Shown here piece by piece: positions 27,601 to 40,544 of a DNA stretch of 64,000 bases (position 1 is its first letter; each line of letters starts with the position of its first letter). The notes under the pieces were generated by a model. The model searched no databases. It saw nothing but the letters and a program-made list of their open reading frames with translations, and was not told the origin of the DNA. This DNA is from Lama guanicoe (taxonomy: Eukaryota). Where the stretch lies: positions 4,420,399-4,484,398 of the forward strand of contig MU053934.1 in assembly GCA_013239625.1 (NCBI GenBank), read 5' to 3'. Both the position numbers and the translations under genes were made by a program.

Positions 27601-30600
27601 AGAAAGGAAAAAATAAAATTCTTTCTCTTTACAGATGACATGATTGCCTACATAGAAAACCCTAAGGAATCTACAAAAAAGAAAAAAAAATCAAACTGAA
27701 AACAAAAACAAAAACTCCTGGAATAAATGAGTTCAGCAAGGTGGCAGGATACAAAATATATGTGCAAAAATCAACAGTATTCCTATATCCTAGAAATGAG
27801 CATGTGGTCACCAAAATTTAAAATAAAATAAATTTAAAATTTACAATAGCTCAAAAAAATGAAATGCTTAGATGTAAACCTAACAAAACATGTATACAGG
27901 ACTTGCATGCTGAAAACTACAAAATGCTTGTCACATAAATCAAAGAAGATAAATAAATGGAGAGATATACCATGTTCATTAATTGGAAGACTAAACATAG
28001 TAAAGATGCCAATTCTCCCCAAACTGGCATAAAGATTTAATGCAATTTCTTTAAATGCTCCAGCAAGATTTTTGTAGATATAGACAAGATTATTCTAAAA
28101 TTTATATGAAAAAGTGAAGGAGCCAGAATCATTGAAACAGTTTTGAAAAATAAGAACAAAACGAGAGGAATCATTTTGTAATCAAGTCTACTTGATTTAC
28201 TGTAACCTTTTATAAGGCATATAAGATTTTTTATATACACAGTAATCAAGGCTGTGTTGTATCAGCAGAGCAAGTAACACATAGATAAATGGAACAGGTT
28301 AGAGAACCCAGGAGTGAACCAAACAAATATTCCTGGTCGATTTTTTTTTTTTTTAAAAGGAACACAAAGGCGATTCAATGGAGGAAACACAAACCTTAAA
28401 CAAATGATGTCAGAGCAATTGGATACCCATAGGGGAAAAAAAACACCCCTCCCCCAAAAAAGTTCAACCTAAGTCTCACACCTTATACAAAAATTAATTC
28501 AAAATGGACCATAAGCTTACATGCAAAACATAAAACTATAAAACACTCAGAAAAAAATACAAGAGAAAAACTTTGAGATCTAGGGCTGGGCAAACAGTTC
28601 TCACACTTGACACCAGAAGTGTAATCCATAAAAGGAAAGACTGATCAATTGGGTTTTATCAGAATTTAAAACTTTTCCTTTGTGAAAGAACCTGTTAAGA
28701 GGATGAAAAAACAAACTACAGACTGGGAGTAAATATTTGCAAACCACTTATCTGACAAAGGACCAGTGTCTAGAACATATAAAGAACTCTCCAAAGTCAA
28801 CAGGAAAAAAAAAAAAAAGAAAGAAAGAAAAATTCAATTAGAAAATGGGAAAACATATCAAGAGACACTTCACCGAACAGGATATTCAGATGGCAGACTA
28901 GCACATGAAAATATGTTCAACATCATTAACCATTAGCAAAATGCAAATTAAAGCACAAGGAGATATCACCACATACCTATCAGAATGGCTAAAACAAAAA
29001 ACAGTGACAATACCAAATATCGGTGCAGATGCAGAGAAACTGGCTCACTTACACATTGCTGGTGGGAACGTAAAATGGTATAGCCACTCTGGAAAACAGT
29101 TTGGCGATTTCTTTAAAAATTAAACATGCAGTTACCATATGATCCAGCGATTGCACTCTTGGGCATTTATCCCAGAGAAATGAAAACTTATGTTCCCAAA
29201 CAAACCTGTACCGGAATGTTTATGGCAACTTTACTCATAAATGTCAAAAACTGGAAACAACCCAGATGTCCTCCAATGAATGAATGGTTAAACAAACTGG
29301 GGGACATTCACACTATGGAAAACTACTCGGGGACAGAAAGGAATGACACGTTCATATGCACAACAACCTGAATGACTCTCCAGAGAATCGTGCTGAGTGA
29401 GAAAAGCCAACCTCTAAAGGTTACATACTGTATGATTCCATTTATATAACATTCTTGAAATGACAACATGGCAGAAATGGAAAGAAAACAGATTCATGCT
29501 TGCCAGGGGTTGAGGAAGGGTAAGGATTAGAGGAAAGTGGGCGTGGCCATAGAAAAGCAACCAGAGGGATCCCTGTGGGGATGGAAATGTTCGTTAACTT
29601 GACTGTATCAATGTTAACATCCTAGTTGTGATGTGCTACAGTTTTGCAAGATGTTTTCATTCAGGGAAACCAGGTGAAACCAGTTTAATTTCTGAAAACT
29701 GCATGTGAATCTACAATCATCTCAAAACAAAAAGTTTAAATAAAAAAGACATTTAGCCAGAATCACCTCCCTCTTCCCACACCCCCAGCCCCTACTCCGT
29801 GAGAACTGTGGTTGACGCCCAGCTTCCGGGGACCAGCTGTGGCTGGGGAGCTGAGCACCAGAGCCACAGCCATCATCTCTGAGGGAACTTAGAGAACCGA
29901 GACTGAAGCCAGATGGTAAAGGCAGGCAAATGAAAAGAGGGGAAATGATACGAGAAAACATAAACTGGAGGGCTTGACATAAGCCCTGGCTGACTTCCCG
30001 GCTGGATGAGGACTGAGGGGGAATCTCTAAATCATGGGAGCCAACATGGGTTCTGGGGGGCAGGCCAAACGTTTGGGTTTGTACAGGGCCAGCTGGCTGG
30101 GGAATCCAAGGAAAAGCGAGGGACTCTGGTGGAAATTTTGCTAAAACATGTGAACGTCACTCTCAGACATCCTTGTGCTAAGACAAAGAATTGGGGTTGC
30201 CCCAGTGCCCAGCCTGGGGTCCGGGTAGGGGTTATAACTGATTGAAACTTGCAATTTAATTGTGAGGATGGTTTGGAAACTGTAGCAATGAACGGTGTGT
30301 GCTGGTTCATGTGGGCTGCACACAAGCTCTCTGTTAATCATTACCGTAAAACTTCTGCATCTGGAAGATGCTTGGTTTGGGGCACAAACTATCCCTCTGT
30401 CCCCTTTGTCTCTGTGCCCCCCCCTTCAGAATTCCCCTTCCCAAACCTTTCCTCTGGATCCTATTAGAAAGGACCTCAAAGAATTGAAGATGCTGAGACC
30501 CTGGAAGTGTGCCTTGACATACCCCCGTTTTATAGACAAGAAGGGAAGAGACCTGCCCCATCACTCAGCAGGCCGGGTCAGAACCCAGGCATCAGGCTCT

Positions 30601-31789
30601 CTGCCCAATTTCACTTGGTCAGAGTTGGAGGAAACTGGAGTCCCCTGGGTCCTCTGCCCCTGAGCCTTCTCTCCAACCCCACAGCCACACCACGGCTCAG
30701 TCATTACTCAGCTGATGATACGTGTTGAGATTCCACTGTGTGCCAGGCACTATTCTAGACTCGGAGGAAAGAGCACTGTACAGAATAGACACAGATATCC
30801 TGGCCCTTTGGAGCTCAGTTCACACTGAGCATCTGGTCCCTCCTCCCATCCTCCATCCTGTCCTCCCACCTCCATCCTCCATCTGCAGCCACCCCAGGCT
30901 CCAGGTCATACACAGAGGGAACTGTCACTGGCGGGGGGTGGTCAGGAGGCCTGTGGGCTTGGGCCTCTTATTCAGGGAAGACCTGCAGTGACTTCTGAGA
31001 TTATTTCTAAATAAGGATCTAGGTGCAATCATCACATGGTGGATTGTATCATAAGTTTTAGTTTGATTGATGTACAAATTTTAAAAGATAGCATGACTTT
31101 GCTAACCCTATTTGGATATTCTTCATGCATTCAATATAACCGAAAGCCTCAATGAAATAGAAGCTTTTAGGTCTATCTGGACCTGCTTGTGGTCCAGGTC
31201 CCCAGCTCCCTCCTAATCTGGTCCCAGCCTCCTCTGCCATGCTTCCCCGTCCCTCCCCTGCACTCTCTTCTGGGAGGGGAGTCAGAAGGAATCCTACCCT
31301 GAGAGCAAGAGGGCTAGGGTTCAAGTTCTGGTTCTGTCAATTACTCGTGAGAATTTTGAGTTCATTCCCGCCCCCTGTGGCCTCGGTTTCCCCATCTGTA
31401 AAATGGGAGCACGGTGGTGGCCTCAAGGATTCCTTTCAACACGGACTGCATGAGCTCCCCTACCAGATTTCAGCCCTCAAGGTCTGACTCTCCCCAACTT
31501 GTGCCCCTCAGGTGCACACAGTAGGTCTTCAGGAAACAGGTGCAGGACACAGAGTTTCCAAGTTACCTAACCTACTGGCATTTAAGGCCCAGTCACAGGA
31601 CAAGCTAGTTTTCTATGGGAACTCTGGCCACCTTCACGGCTCCTGAGCCGGGACCCCTGAACCACAGGCATGGGCTGGGTGACCACCTCCCACAATTCTG
31701 GTGCAGGGCCTGCCCAGAAGATTCACAGGGCCAGGAACTTTGCTGAGCTGACCCAGAGCTTCCCTTCCAAACACTCTTCCATTCTTGTC

Positions 31790-31948
31790 TCTTGAAGTAT
31801 GATTTCTTGCACCAGCAGCATTGGCCTGACCCAGGAGTTTGCTAGAATGCAGAGGCTCAGGCCCTACCCAGCCCTGCTGAAGCAGAATCTGCATTCTAAC
31901 AAGATCCTCAGGGGATTATTTTGCACATTAATGTTCAAGAAGCGCTGT
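31790..31948. mobile_element. MER5A-like hAT-Charlie MITE
   Basis: ACCAGCAGCATTGGC...TAGAATGCAGAGGCTCAGGCCCTACCC...CAGAATCTGCATTCTAACAAGATCC. Confidence 0.8.
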
Positions 31949-34900
31949 TTTAGAGCATAGAAGCCCCATCCCCATACACAGCTGGATCATATTTGTTCAA
32001 TCAGTAAAATGTTTGTTAAATGAATGCTAACACCTTTTGCCGCTGGGGCCTCCCACTGGGGACGAATCCAGTTTTCCCCAGGCAACCATCCAAGCAGCCA
32101 CTGGGCTCCCATGTACACAGGGTCAGACTCTCTCTTGTCAAAACAGACCTAGTACCCAGGACTTATCCATCTGCTGGAGGTGACTTTCTTGTCCTGTGAC
32201 CAAGTGACTCTATAAGTGATGGTGTGGCTGCAATGATCTCAACAATTTTTGAGGTGAGAAAGCCAAGGCGTGTGCCCTCCCCACCTCAGCTCAGACTCCT
32301 CCCCCTAACATGTGAACATACCCATTTTCCTGAGTGCACACACATACAAAGCACACTTGCCCGAGTGCACTCACATTTGCGGGAATACACACATGTGCGC
32401 ACGCGCACACGCACACACCTCTCCCAGGCCCTGGCTGTGTCTCCATGAGTCATAGGGTGACTCACAGGCACCTCCCCCGCCCCTGATCTTCACAGCGGAG
32501 ACTGGGAAAGGGAGAGGGAGAAGAGGTGTCTCAGAGCCAAACGTGAGAAAGTGGCTTTAGACCCAGGGAATGCCAGGGTCAGGGCTGGGGCTGGGTCCCA
32601 AGGGCTCCTGCCTGGAAAAGCAGACAAGTCACCAGGTCAGGAAGTCCTGCCTGCCCTCACAAGCCCACAGGACTGTGTGGAGGGAGTCACTGGATGAGTG
32701 GGGGGAGGGCGACGGGTAAGACAGGAACACACAGGACACCAGGACGACCTCCCCATGGGTTCCTGGGGTGGCGGCCATTCAGACTGGCAGCCAACCATCA
32801 CCCATAACCCCCAGGGCCCCAGCCCTCAGTTACAAAGTCCTCACGTATCTTGGACCCACATCTGTCCCCAGGGATGCGTGCAGACAGGTCAGGGGTCACC
32901 CCGTTTCAGAGGCTAGTGTCAGAAGTCTAGACCACACTGGTCTGGACGAGCATGTGATCTGCCGCCCCCTCCTCAGGATGGAAGCTTCACCTGTGACCGG
33001 AGCAGGTGGGCAGTGGCTGGGAGAACGTGGGGCCAGGGGCAGGGCCGCTGGGGTGGGATGACCATGCCACCCCCTTGAGACCTGGGGCCACCCCAGGTTC
33101 CCTATTTGGGTAATTTCCCACCATCACTGACTGTTTGGGGCTATTATCCCAGCACTCAGAAAACAAACGGGGACTGGCAGGCAGCAGGGGCTCACGTGGA
33201 GAAACCTTGGAAAGATGAACAATTGCCCTCTCTGCCCTGCCCCCAGCCTCTGGGAAAGAGACTGGGATCCAATGTCCCGCTCCCCTACTCAAAACCCCCT
33301 CCATGTTCGGGATTGTCCTCAGGGCTGAACCCTCGACCCCAGTCTCCCACCTACCCTGTGGGGAGCTGGGGGCAGGTGAGGGATATCTGAGCAGGGAGGC
33401 AGGGGTGGGCAGTGGAGTCAGCCCTAGGCCTGGGAGCTTCTCCCTAGCATTGCCCAGCTGCTTCCCAGGCCCCAAACAGGTGGTGGTGGAGCAGGGCTGG
33501 GAGGTGGGTGATGCTCAGACGGCCCCCACGCCCCTGCTTTCCGCCTTGATTAGCAGAAACATTCCTACATCTGTCACGGGAAGACAGCCTGCTCCCCGTC
33601 GTCAATCACCCAGGAAACGCAAACACATTCCGGCTGCGCCCAGAACTTCTTCCCACAAAGTCATGGGCAGCCTGGGGGCCCTCACCCCCACTCCAGAGCC
33701 AGAGCCAAGGGGAGAGCCCCCCCCAGACCTCAGCTTCTGCCGCAGCCAGGGAAGTTCTGAGTCACGCCTCTCTCCTTACACACACACACACACACTCACA
33801 CACACTCACACACACGCACACACTCAGGAATACACAGAGCTGCCAGCAAAACTCGGATGCACTTACAGCCACGCCCACAGAAAGTTGTGCACACGCACAC
33901 AGACAATGGACCACAAACCCACAGAGAAGGGGGTGCAAATGTGCACACACAGTTTTGTCCCCCACCAGCAAAGACCTCAGCTCTCCCGTATCTGGCACGC
34001 GGTAGCACACAGTAGGTCCGCATCAAGTGGTCCTTTGGCAGGCCTCACCTTTGGACCTCCAAAGGATTGTACCTGTTTCTTCCACCTGCTTCCATTGCCG
34101 TCTCCCCCCACTAGGATATGAGCTCCGCGTGGACAGGCTCTTTCTCCCATTCACAGCTGTATCCCAGCACCTAACACAGGGCTTGACACATAGTAGGTGC
34201 TCAGTAAACATTTGTTTGTTGAATGAATGTCTGGGCAGCCCCACCGTGGGCCCAGCACCACCCAAAGTCCTGTGGTCATTGCCTTCATCCCCAGGCCAGG
34301 CTCTCAAGTAGCGGCCTGATTCTCCAGGAGGGCAGATGTGACCTCACCACCTTCCAGAAACTCAGGCTGCCCCAGCCCCTCCTCCCTCACTTGACTCAGA
34401 GGTGCCACCATCCGATCCCCACAACTCCTCTATCCTCATCTTCCCTGCCTGCCCCCAACCTCTCTCCTAGGACACGGTCCTGCCCAGCCCACCTCCCTGG
34501 CCCTGGCCACACTCACTTCCCCTGAAGGCCTAAACCGCAGGTGAGGTTCACCCCTCCCTTCCTTCAAGGCATCCTCCCCAGTCAACGCAGGTCATGTCAG
34601 TTTCTCCCTCGGGGCTCCAAACTCCCCTGTGTGGAGAACAGGACACCCTCAGTCCCTGTCTCCGGGTCCCAGTGCAAATGGGCCATGACAACACAGGATG
34701 CAGATGAGGGCCATCATGGGGGACTTGCAGGCAGCTGTGGGGGCCCCAAGGTGGTGACACCCAGCAGAGACAGCTCCCTTCAGTTATTTTGGCTCTTCCT
34801 GTGGGCTGCCTTGCTGAGCTCCTACTGCGCATGTCTGTGGATATCACTGCATCTCCCACCTCTCCTCCCACGCCCGGCCCTCTGGCCATGCAGGACTCTG

Positions 34901-35339
34901 TTCCCCGAGCTCCTGAACATGCCTCTTCTCCTCCTCTCCCTCTCGGGTGCTTTTGTACATACTGTCCATGCCTTCCTCCTTTGTCCACCTGCTGAATGTC
35001 CATCCTCCACCCCCCACCAAAGGCCTAAGCCCAGGAGTCTTTTATCTCCCATTTCCTCCCACCCTTCCATCCTTTGGTACCCAACCTCCTGGATGCTCCC
35101 ACACCTCCTCACCTCCCACCATCACAGTCCTGCCACTCCATCTTGAGTTGGCTTGCCTGCCTGTCTACTCTAGTGGCCCATGAGTTCCTTGACGGCAAGA
35201 CCCTGTCTTGTTGTTCTCCATGTCCCTGGTACCAGCGAGGCTACCCAGGGCTCAGCACATAGTGGAGTTAAATCAATATTGCTGTCAGGGCCTCAGGAGT
35301 GGGCAGAGTAACGGAGTCCTCACTTAATCTTGTATCTGC

Positions 35340-35815
35340 TACTGTTTCTCACCTGGTCATCAGATGCTTCCTGCTATTTCAGGGCCCACCACATGCCATG
35401 CCCTGTATGATGCAGCAAACATGCCAGGCTGGAGTGCAGGCCTCAGCTCGTATTGCCCTGGAGTAGGGCTGCACGGCTGCTCCATGCCCCATGCCACGGC
35501 TTCCTCACATCGGATTGTGGGCCTGGCCTCGGGGCTTGCTCTGACCAAAGGGATGTCAGTGGACAGGACCTGAGCAAAAGTCTGAAACATGCCTGACAAT
35601 TATCCTCTTGCGTGCCTGCCTTTCACCAAGAGACCAGATAGTCACTGGTCCAAAGAGGACAAGAAACGGGGGTGCAAATCTAGACCCACCCTGCAGCTTG
35701 CAACCAAGCCCAGTTGACCCTCAGACCCGTAAGGGAGACGCCCGTGCTTGATATGGTTACCACTGAGTTGGGAGTTTGTTACGTGGTGTTAGCAGGGGAA
35801 TTGCTGACTGAAACA
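35340..35815. mobile_element. MaLR LTR (MLT1-like)
   Basis: TTGCTCTGACCAAAGGGATGTCAGTGGACAGGAC...ending TTGCTGACTGAAACA. Confidence 0.55.
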
Positions 35816-36853
35816 GCTGACGTTGGCTAAAGCTTACTTGCACTTTTTCACTTGATTCCTTAACCTTATTTGATTCGCCATTATCATTACCCCTACTTTT
35901 CAAATGAGGAAACTGAGACACAGAGGGGAAACTGAGGCACAGAGAGGCCTAAGGGAGGAGCAGAAGCAGCTAGGTTCCGGAGCTCAACCACCCCATCTGC
36001 TATCCCATCAGTAATCAAACCTCCTGCCCCAAAACAGGGGTGAGGTCTCCCAGTGGCTGGGGCCTGGGCTCCCCTTTCTCTCTTGAAACACTGCTTACAC
36101 TTGATAACAAGATACACTTGTTTCTCACCCAGGGGAGCCCTGGTCTCCAGGAGAGAGGCCCGCAGCAACCCTCCTTCCCAGCTGAAGACTTCACAATCCA
36201 CAGAGTAATTTCACAGCCTGTGTCTCATTCAATCCTCACAAGCGCCTGGGGAGACAGGTGTCTCAGCTCCATCTTATCCACAATGGGATACTCAGAGAAT
36301 TGTACATCTTGTCCAAGGATGGAAAAGAATATGTAGTCAGATAAAAGCTAACATTTACTGGGCTTTGTGACAGTGTGTTCTATAGGAATAAATTCAGCTG
36401 TAAGTAAAAAAAAGAAAAATCCAATTTACATAGAAGAAATGGAAGAAAAACGAGGGTTTAAATTTCTTTTATCATAAGAAATCAGGAGGTCGTAACAGTA
36501 ACCTTGGCCTTGTCCTGTAGCTCGACAATGTCAGGGCTGGACTTCCTGCTCTTCCCTTGAGCTCGTCATCATCTTCCAAGAATCGTATCTGCATTCAAAG
36601 CAGGAAGAAGGGAGAATAGGGAAAGGCTATCTTCCTGGAAGTCTCTGTCTTTTTACTGAGGAAGAACCTCCACTGTCACCCTCCCTTCAACAAACTTATT
36701 GTTACCTCTCAGTAATCAGGATAGGGTGACATCGCCACAGACAATCACTGGTCCATGGGAATCAGATGTCCATGATTGAGTCTGACTAAATCACAATTCA
36801 TCTTCTTGTGCTGAGATCACAGCATTTTTTAAAAAATGATTTTAGAAGTTTTT

Positions 36854-38015
36854 CCCAAGCAATAGAAATAAAAGCAAGAATAAACAAATGGGACCTAATT
36901 AAACTTACAAGCTTCTGCACAGCAAAGGAAACCATAAGTAAAACAAAACAACAACCTACGGAACGGGAGAAAATTTTTGCAAATGAAACTGACAAAGGCT
37001 TGATCTCGAGAATATATAAGCAGCTCATACGACTTAATAAGAAAAAAACAAACAACCCAATCCAAAAATGGGCAGAAGATATAAACAAGCAATTCTCCAA
37101 GGAAGACATACAAATGATCAACAGGCACATGAAAAAAATGCTCAATATCACTAATTATCAGAGAAATGCAAATCAAAACTACAATGAGGTATCACCTCAC
37201 CAATCACAATGGCCATCACTCAGAAGTCCACAAATGACAAATGCTGGAGAGGCTGTGGAGAAAAGGGAACCCTCCTTCACTGCTGGTGGGAATGCAGTTT
37301 GGTGCAGCCACTGTGGAAAACAGTATGGAGATTCCTCAAAAGACTAGGAATAGACTTACCATAGGACCCAGGAATCCCGCTCCTGGGCATATATCCAGAA
37401 GGAACCCTACTTCAGGATGACACCTGCACCCCAAAGTTCATAGCAGCACTATTTACAATAGCCAAGACATGGAGACAGCCTAAATGTCCATCGACAGATG
37501 ACTGGATAAAGAAGCTGTGGTATATTTATACAATGGAATACTACTCAGCCATAAAAACCAACAACATAATGCCATTTGCAGCAACATGGATGTTTCTGGA
37601 GAATGTCATTCTAAATGAAGTAAGCCAGAAAGAGAAGGAAAAATACCATATGAGATTGCTCCTGTGGAATCTAAAAAAACCCCAAAAAACATAAAGTATA
37701 AATACAAAACTGAAACAGACTCATAGACATAGAATACAAATTTGTGGTTGCCAAGTGGCTGGGGGGCGGGGCAAGGGACAGACTGGGATTTCAAAATGTA
37801 GAATAGATAAACAAGATTATATTGTATAGCACAGGGAAATATATAAAAAGATCTTGTGGTAGCTCACAGCGAAAAAAAATGTGACAATGAATATACTTAT
37901 GTTCATGTATAACTGAAAAATTGTGCTCTACATTGGAATTTGACACAACATTGTAAAATGACTATAACTCAATAAAAATGTTAAAAAATAATAAAAATTT
38001 TAAAAAAATAAAATA
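36854..38015 (+). mobile_element. Young 5'-truncated L1 (lineage-specific) with TSD
   Basis: Well-preserved ORF2 piece ([38 protein letters not shown]), AATAAA plus A-tail, and TSD AGAAGTTTTT at 36844-36853 and 38016-38025. Confidence 0.92.
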
Positions 38016-38030
38016 AGAAGTTTTTTTTTC

Positions 38031-38107
38031 TAGTGGAGATATTGGGGATCAAACCCAGGACCTCATACCTGCTAAGTGTGTGCTCTACCACTGAGCTATA
38101 CCCACCC
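38031..38107 (-). mobile_element. tRNA-derived SINE head (tail displaced to ~36828-36843 by the L1)
   Basis: Reverse complement GGGTGGGTATAGCTCAGTGGTAGAGCACACACTTAGC...GGTCCTGGGTTTGATCCCC; TSD CACAGCATTT at 36818-36827 and 38115-38124. Confidence 0.85.
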
Positions 38108-38819
38108 GCAAGAGCACAGCATTTCTGCCAGCTTGATAGGCAGACTAGGGTTCTGTTTATCAGGAAAAGGGAGGATGGTTACTGGTTAGGAGAGGCAATA
38201 GGCAAGATGTGCTCCCCTGACACCACACTAAGCACTTTACCTACATCGTCTTTACACAACCTTATTAATTCCAGACGGTTTTATGACAATTTAGCAAATG
38301 AAGGACAAAGCCAGTGAGCAGCAGAGCTGGTCCACATTCTTAACCATTCTACCAGACTGCCAGGCATGGAGGGATTAAGATGCCAGGAAGGCAGGAGACT
38401 GTCCACTGGGACCACAGTCAGTCCCCGCTCACCCCTGACCTCACCACACACCTACCCTCCCTCAGCTCCGAGTGTGTGGGGTCAGAGTACCCAAGTGCCC
38501 AGGTGCTGATAGGTGACTGCACCAGTGTCTGGTGAGGGCAGGCGTGTGTGCCCATGGAGCTCACTGCGGACACGTGCTCTCTCAAGCTTTGGCTGGAAGC
38601 TTGGTCTGAGCCCCTGCGTCTTGTTCCTTCATCCAGGCAACATCTGCCGGTGCCAGGCATCCAATCAGACCTCTGGGAGAGCAGATTGGTGGCTCCAGCA
38701 CGGATCCTGCCCTCATGGAGAGATCTTGCCACCCAGTCTCTCCTACTTCAGAGAAATCTTGGACGGAATACTTCAGGGATACAGAGGAGAGAAAGCTCAT
38801 TTCTGGCCACAGGGACAAT

Positions 38820-39470
38820 CTTTTTCCCCCCAGTGTTTTTTATTGTTGTAAAATACACATAACATAAAAGTTGCCATCTTAACCATTTTTAAGTGTATAA
38901 TTCAGTGGTTTTAAGTACGTTTAAATGGTTGTGCAACCATCATCACCATCCACCTCCAGGACTTTTTCATCTTGTAAGACTGAAAGTCTGTACCCATTAA
39001 ACACTAACTTCCCACCCTCCTTCCCTCAGTCCCTGGTAATCACCATTCTACTTTTTGACTCCTCTGGGTGCCTCATTTAAATGGAATCACACAGTTTTTG
39101 TCTTTGGGTAACCAGCTTATTTCACTTAACATAATGCCCTCAAGGTTCATCCATGTTGCAGGATGTGTCAGTATGTCCTTCCTTTTTAAGGCTGAATACT
39201 AATCCATTGTATATATGTACCACATTTTACTTATCCATTCACCCATCAATGGATACTTGGGTTGCTTCAACCTTTGGCTATTGTGAAATTATTCTGCTAT
39301 GAACAGGGGGTACAGATATCTTTTTGAGACTCTGCTTTCAATTTTTCAAAGCAACCACTTCAAACCAGAAGTGGTTCTGTACTGGTGGGTTATACGGTAA
39401 TTCTGTTTAATTTTTTGAGGACCCACTGTACCGTTTTCCTTAGCAGCTGTGCTATTTTACTTTCCTGCAC
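38820..39470 (-). mobile_element. L1MB-like 3' end, antisense
   Basis: AAAATACACATAACATAAAAGTTGCCATCTTAACCATTTTTAAGTGTA...TCCTTTTTAAGGCTGAATA. Confidence 0.85.
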
Positions 39471-39873
39471 AGGCAGCTTTACAGTAAATTTGAGTTTGAC
39501 CTTGAAGATGGTCAGTGAGGTTTGGCTGTGGGGAAAGGCACTGCTCAGCAGGGATGGATGGAGAAGGTGCCACCTGAACCGTGGGGAGGAGGGCGGGCTG
39601 CGCACAGGGTGGCCGGGGAGGAAGGGGCCAGAATGTAGATTAGGATAGAGGATTCTGCACGTTTTATGGGAATAGGAGCTACAGAAGGCTTTGAGCAAAG
39701 GAGTGATCTGACCACTCTGCCCCTTGGGAAGCCTCAGGGGGCAGCTGAGAGTAAAGTGGACTGTGGCAGAATGTTCTGGGGGTGGGGAACCCAGGAGGAG
39801 GCTCTTGATGGCTAGGGCAACAGAGAGTGATGGTATGAAGCCAAGTCCACAAAAAGAAGAAGAAAAAGCAGTG

Positions 39874-39970
39874 AGGGGGGTGGGGCGTACAGATCAGTGG
39901 TAGAGCACCTGCTTGGCACGCACAAGGTCCTGGGTTCAATCCTCAGTGCCTCTGTCAAGGAGGGGAAAAT
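39874..39970 (+). mobile_element. tRNA-derived SINE
   Basis: GGGGCGTACAGATCAGTGGTAGAGCACCTGCTTGGCACGCACAAGGTCCTGGGTTCAATCCTCAG. Confidence 0.75.
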
Positions 39971-39994
39971 GCAATGAAAATGGACCTGGGACAG

Positions 39995-40320
39995 CAGGTC
40001 CAGGACTAGGGTGAGGCAAGGGGTGCACTCACCTTGGGTGCAAAGTTTTAAATAAGGATATTCATATTTAATTTAAATAAAGGATCTGACAGGGGCAAGT
40101 TCACGGTGAAGCAAGTAAGGCATCACTCAAGTGCAGGGTGGGATCCCGTCTTTAACTGAAGTTTGATATTTGATCCATCATGGATTTCTTTGATTTTGTT
40201 TTGATTTTAAAAAAAATTGTGTTGAAATATTACTTATCTTGATCACAGAGTTTTTTGGTGCCCCCTGAAACTTTGTACCTGAGGTGAGCACCTCACTCCT
40301 CCCACCCTAGTCCTGGGCTG
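39995..40320. mobile_element. MER96-like hAT MITE with intact TIRs and an 8-bp TSD
   Basis: TIRs CAGGTCCAGGACTAGGGTG and CACCCTAGTCCTGGGCTG; TSD TGGGACAG at 39987-39994 and 40321-40328. Confidence 0.88.
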
Positions 40321-40544
40321 TGGGACAGACTTTCCTTCCATTATCCAATAGTACTTACTGTGTGCCTGTGATGTGCCCGTAACTGTGCTAGGATGTGGGG
40401 ATCCAAAAGTCAGTGAAATATTTGTAGCTCTCTGTCCTCAAGTTTAAGGCCAAATAGAAATAAGAAGTCAGGGGAGATAGAGACTTGGGCAGGTAGACTC
40501 AAACCTGCTAGCCTGAAAGAGATGAAGGAAGTATGGGAGAGACT

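Larger units (their letters stand above)
22615..29748 (+). mobile_element. Near full-length decayed L1 (L1MD-like; 5' UTR, ORF1, ORF2, 3' UTR) carrying later insertions
   Basis: ORF1 remnant (ETMEFRRRWYNIFPVLKEKNCQHRILYPEKIS), endonuclease and RT-region text at 25480-28900, and 3' UTR GAGGGATCCCTGTGGGGATGGAAATGTTC...GCATGTGAATCTACAATCATCTCAAAA. Frameshifted throughout. Confidence 0.9.
36370..38205. mobile_element. MLT1K-like LTR hosting a nested SINE and L1
   Basis: LTR text at 36370-36825 (GTATCTGCATTCAAAGCAGGAAGAAGGG) resumes at ~38125 (AGGGTTCTGTTTATCAGGAAAAGGGAGGATGG). Confidence 0.6.

Noticed and set aside
22615..29748. Possible active L1 or domesticated reverse transcriptase
   Set aside because: ORF1 and ORF2 are broken by many stops, frameshifts and nested insertions.
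33303..34121. 272-aa plus-strand ORF
   Set aside because: Runs through a CA-rich simple repeat (HTHT tracts), has no recognisable domain, and shows no splice-supported structure.
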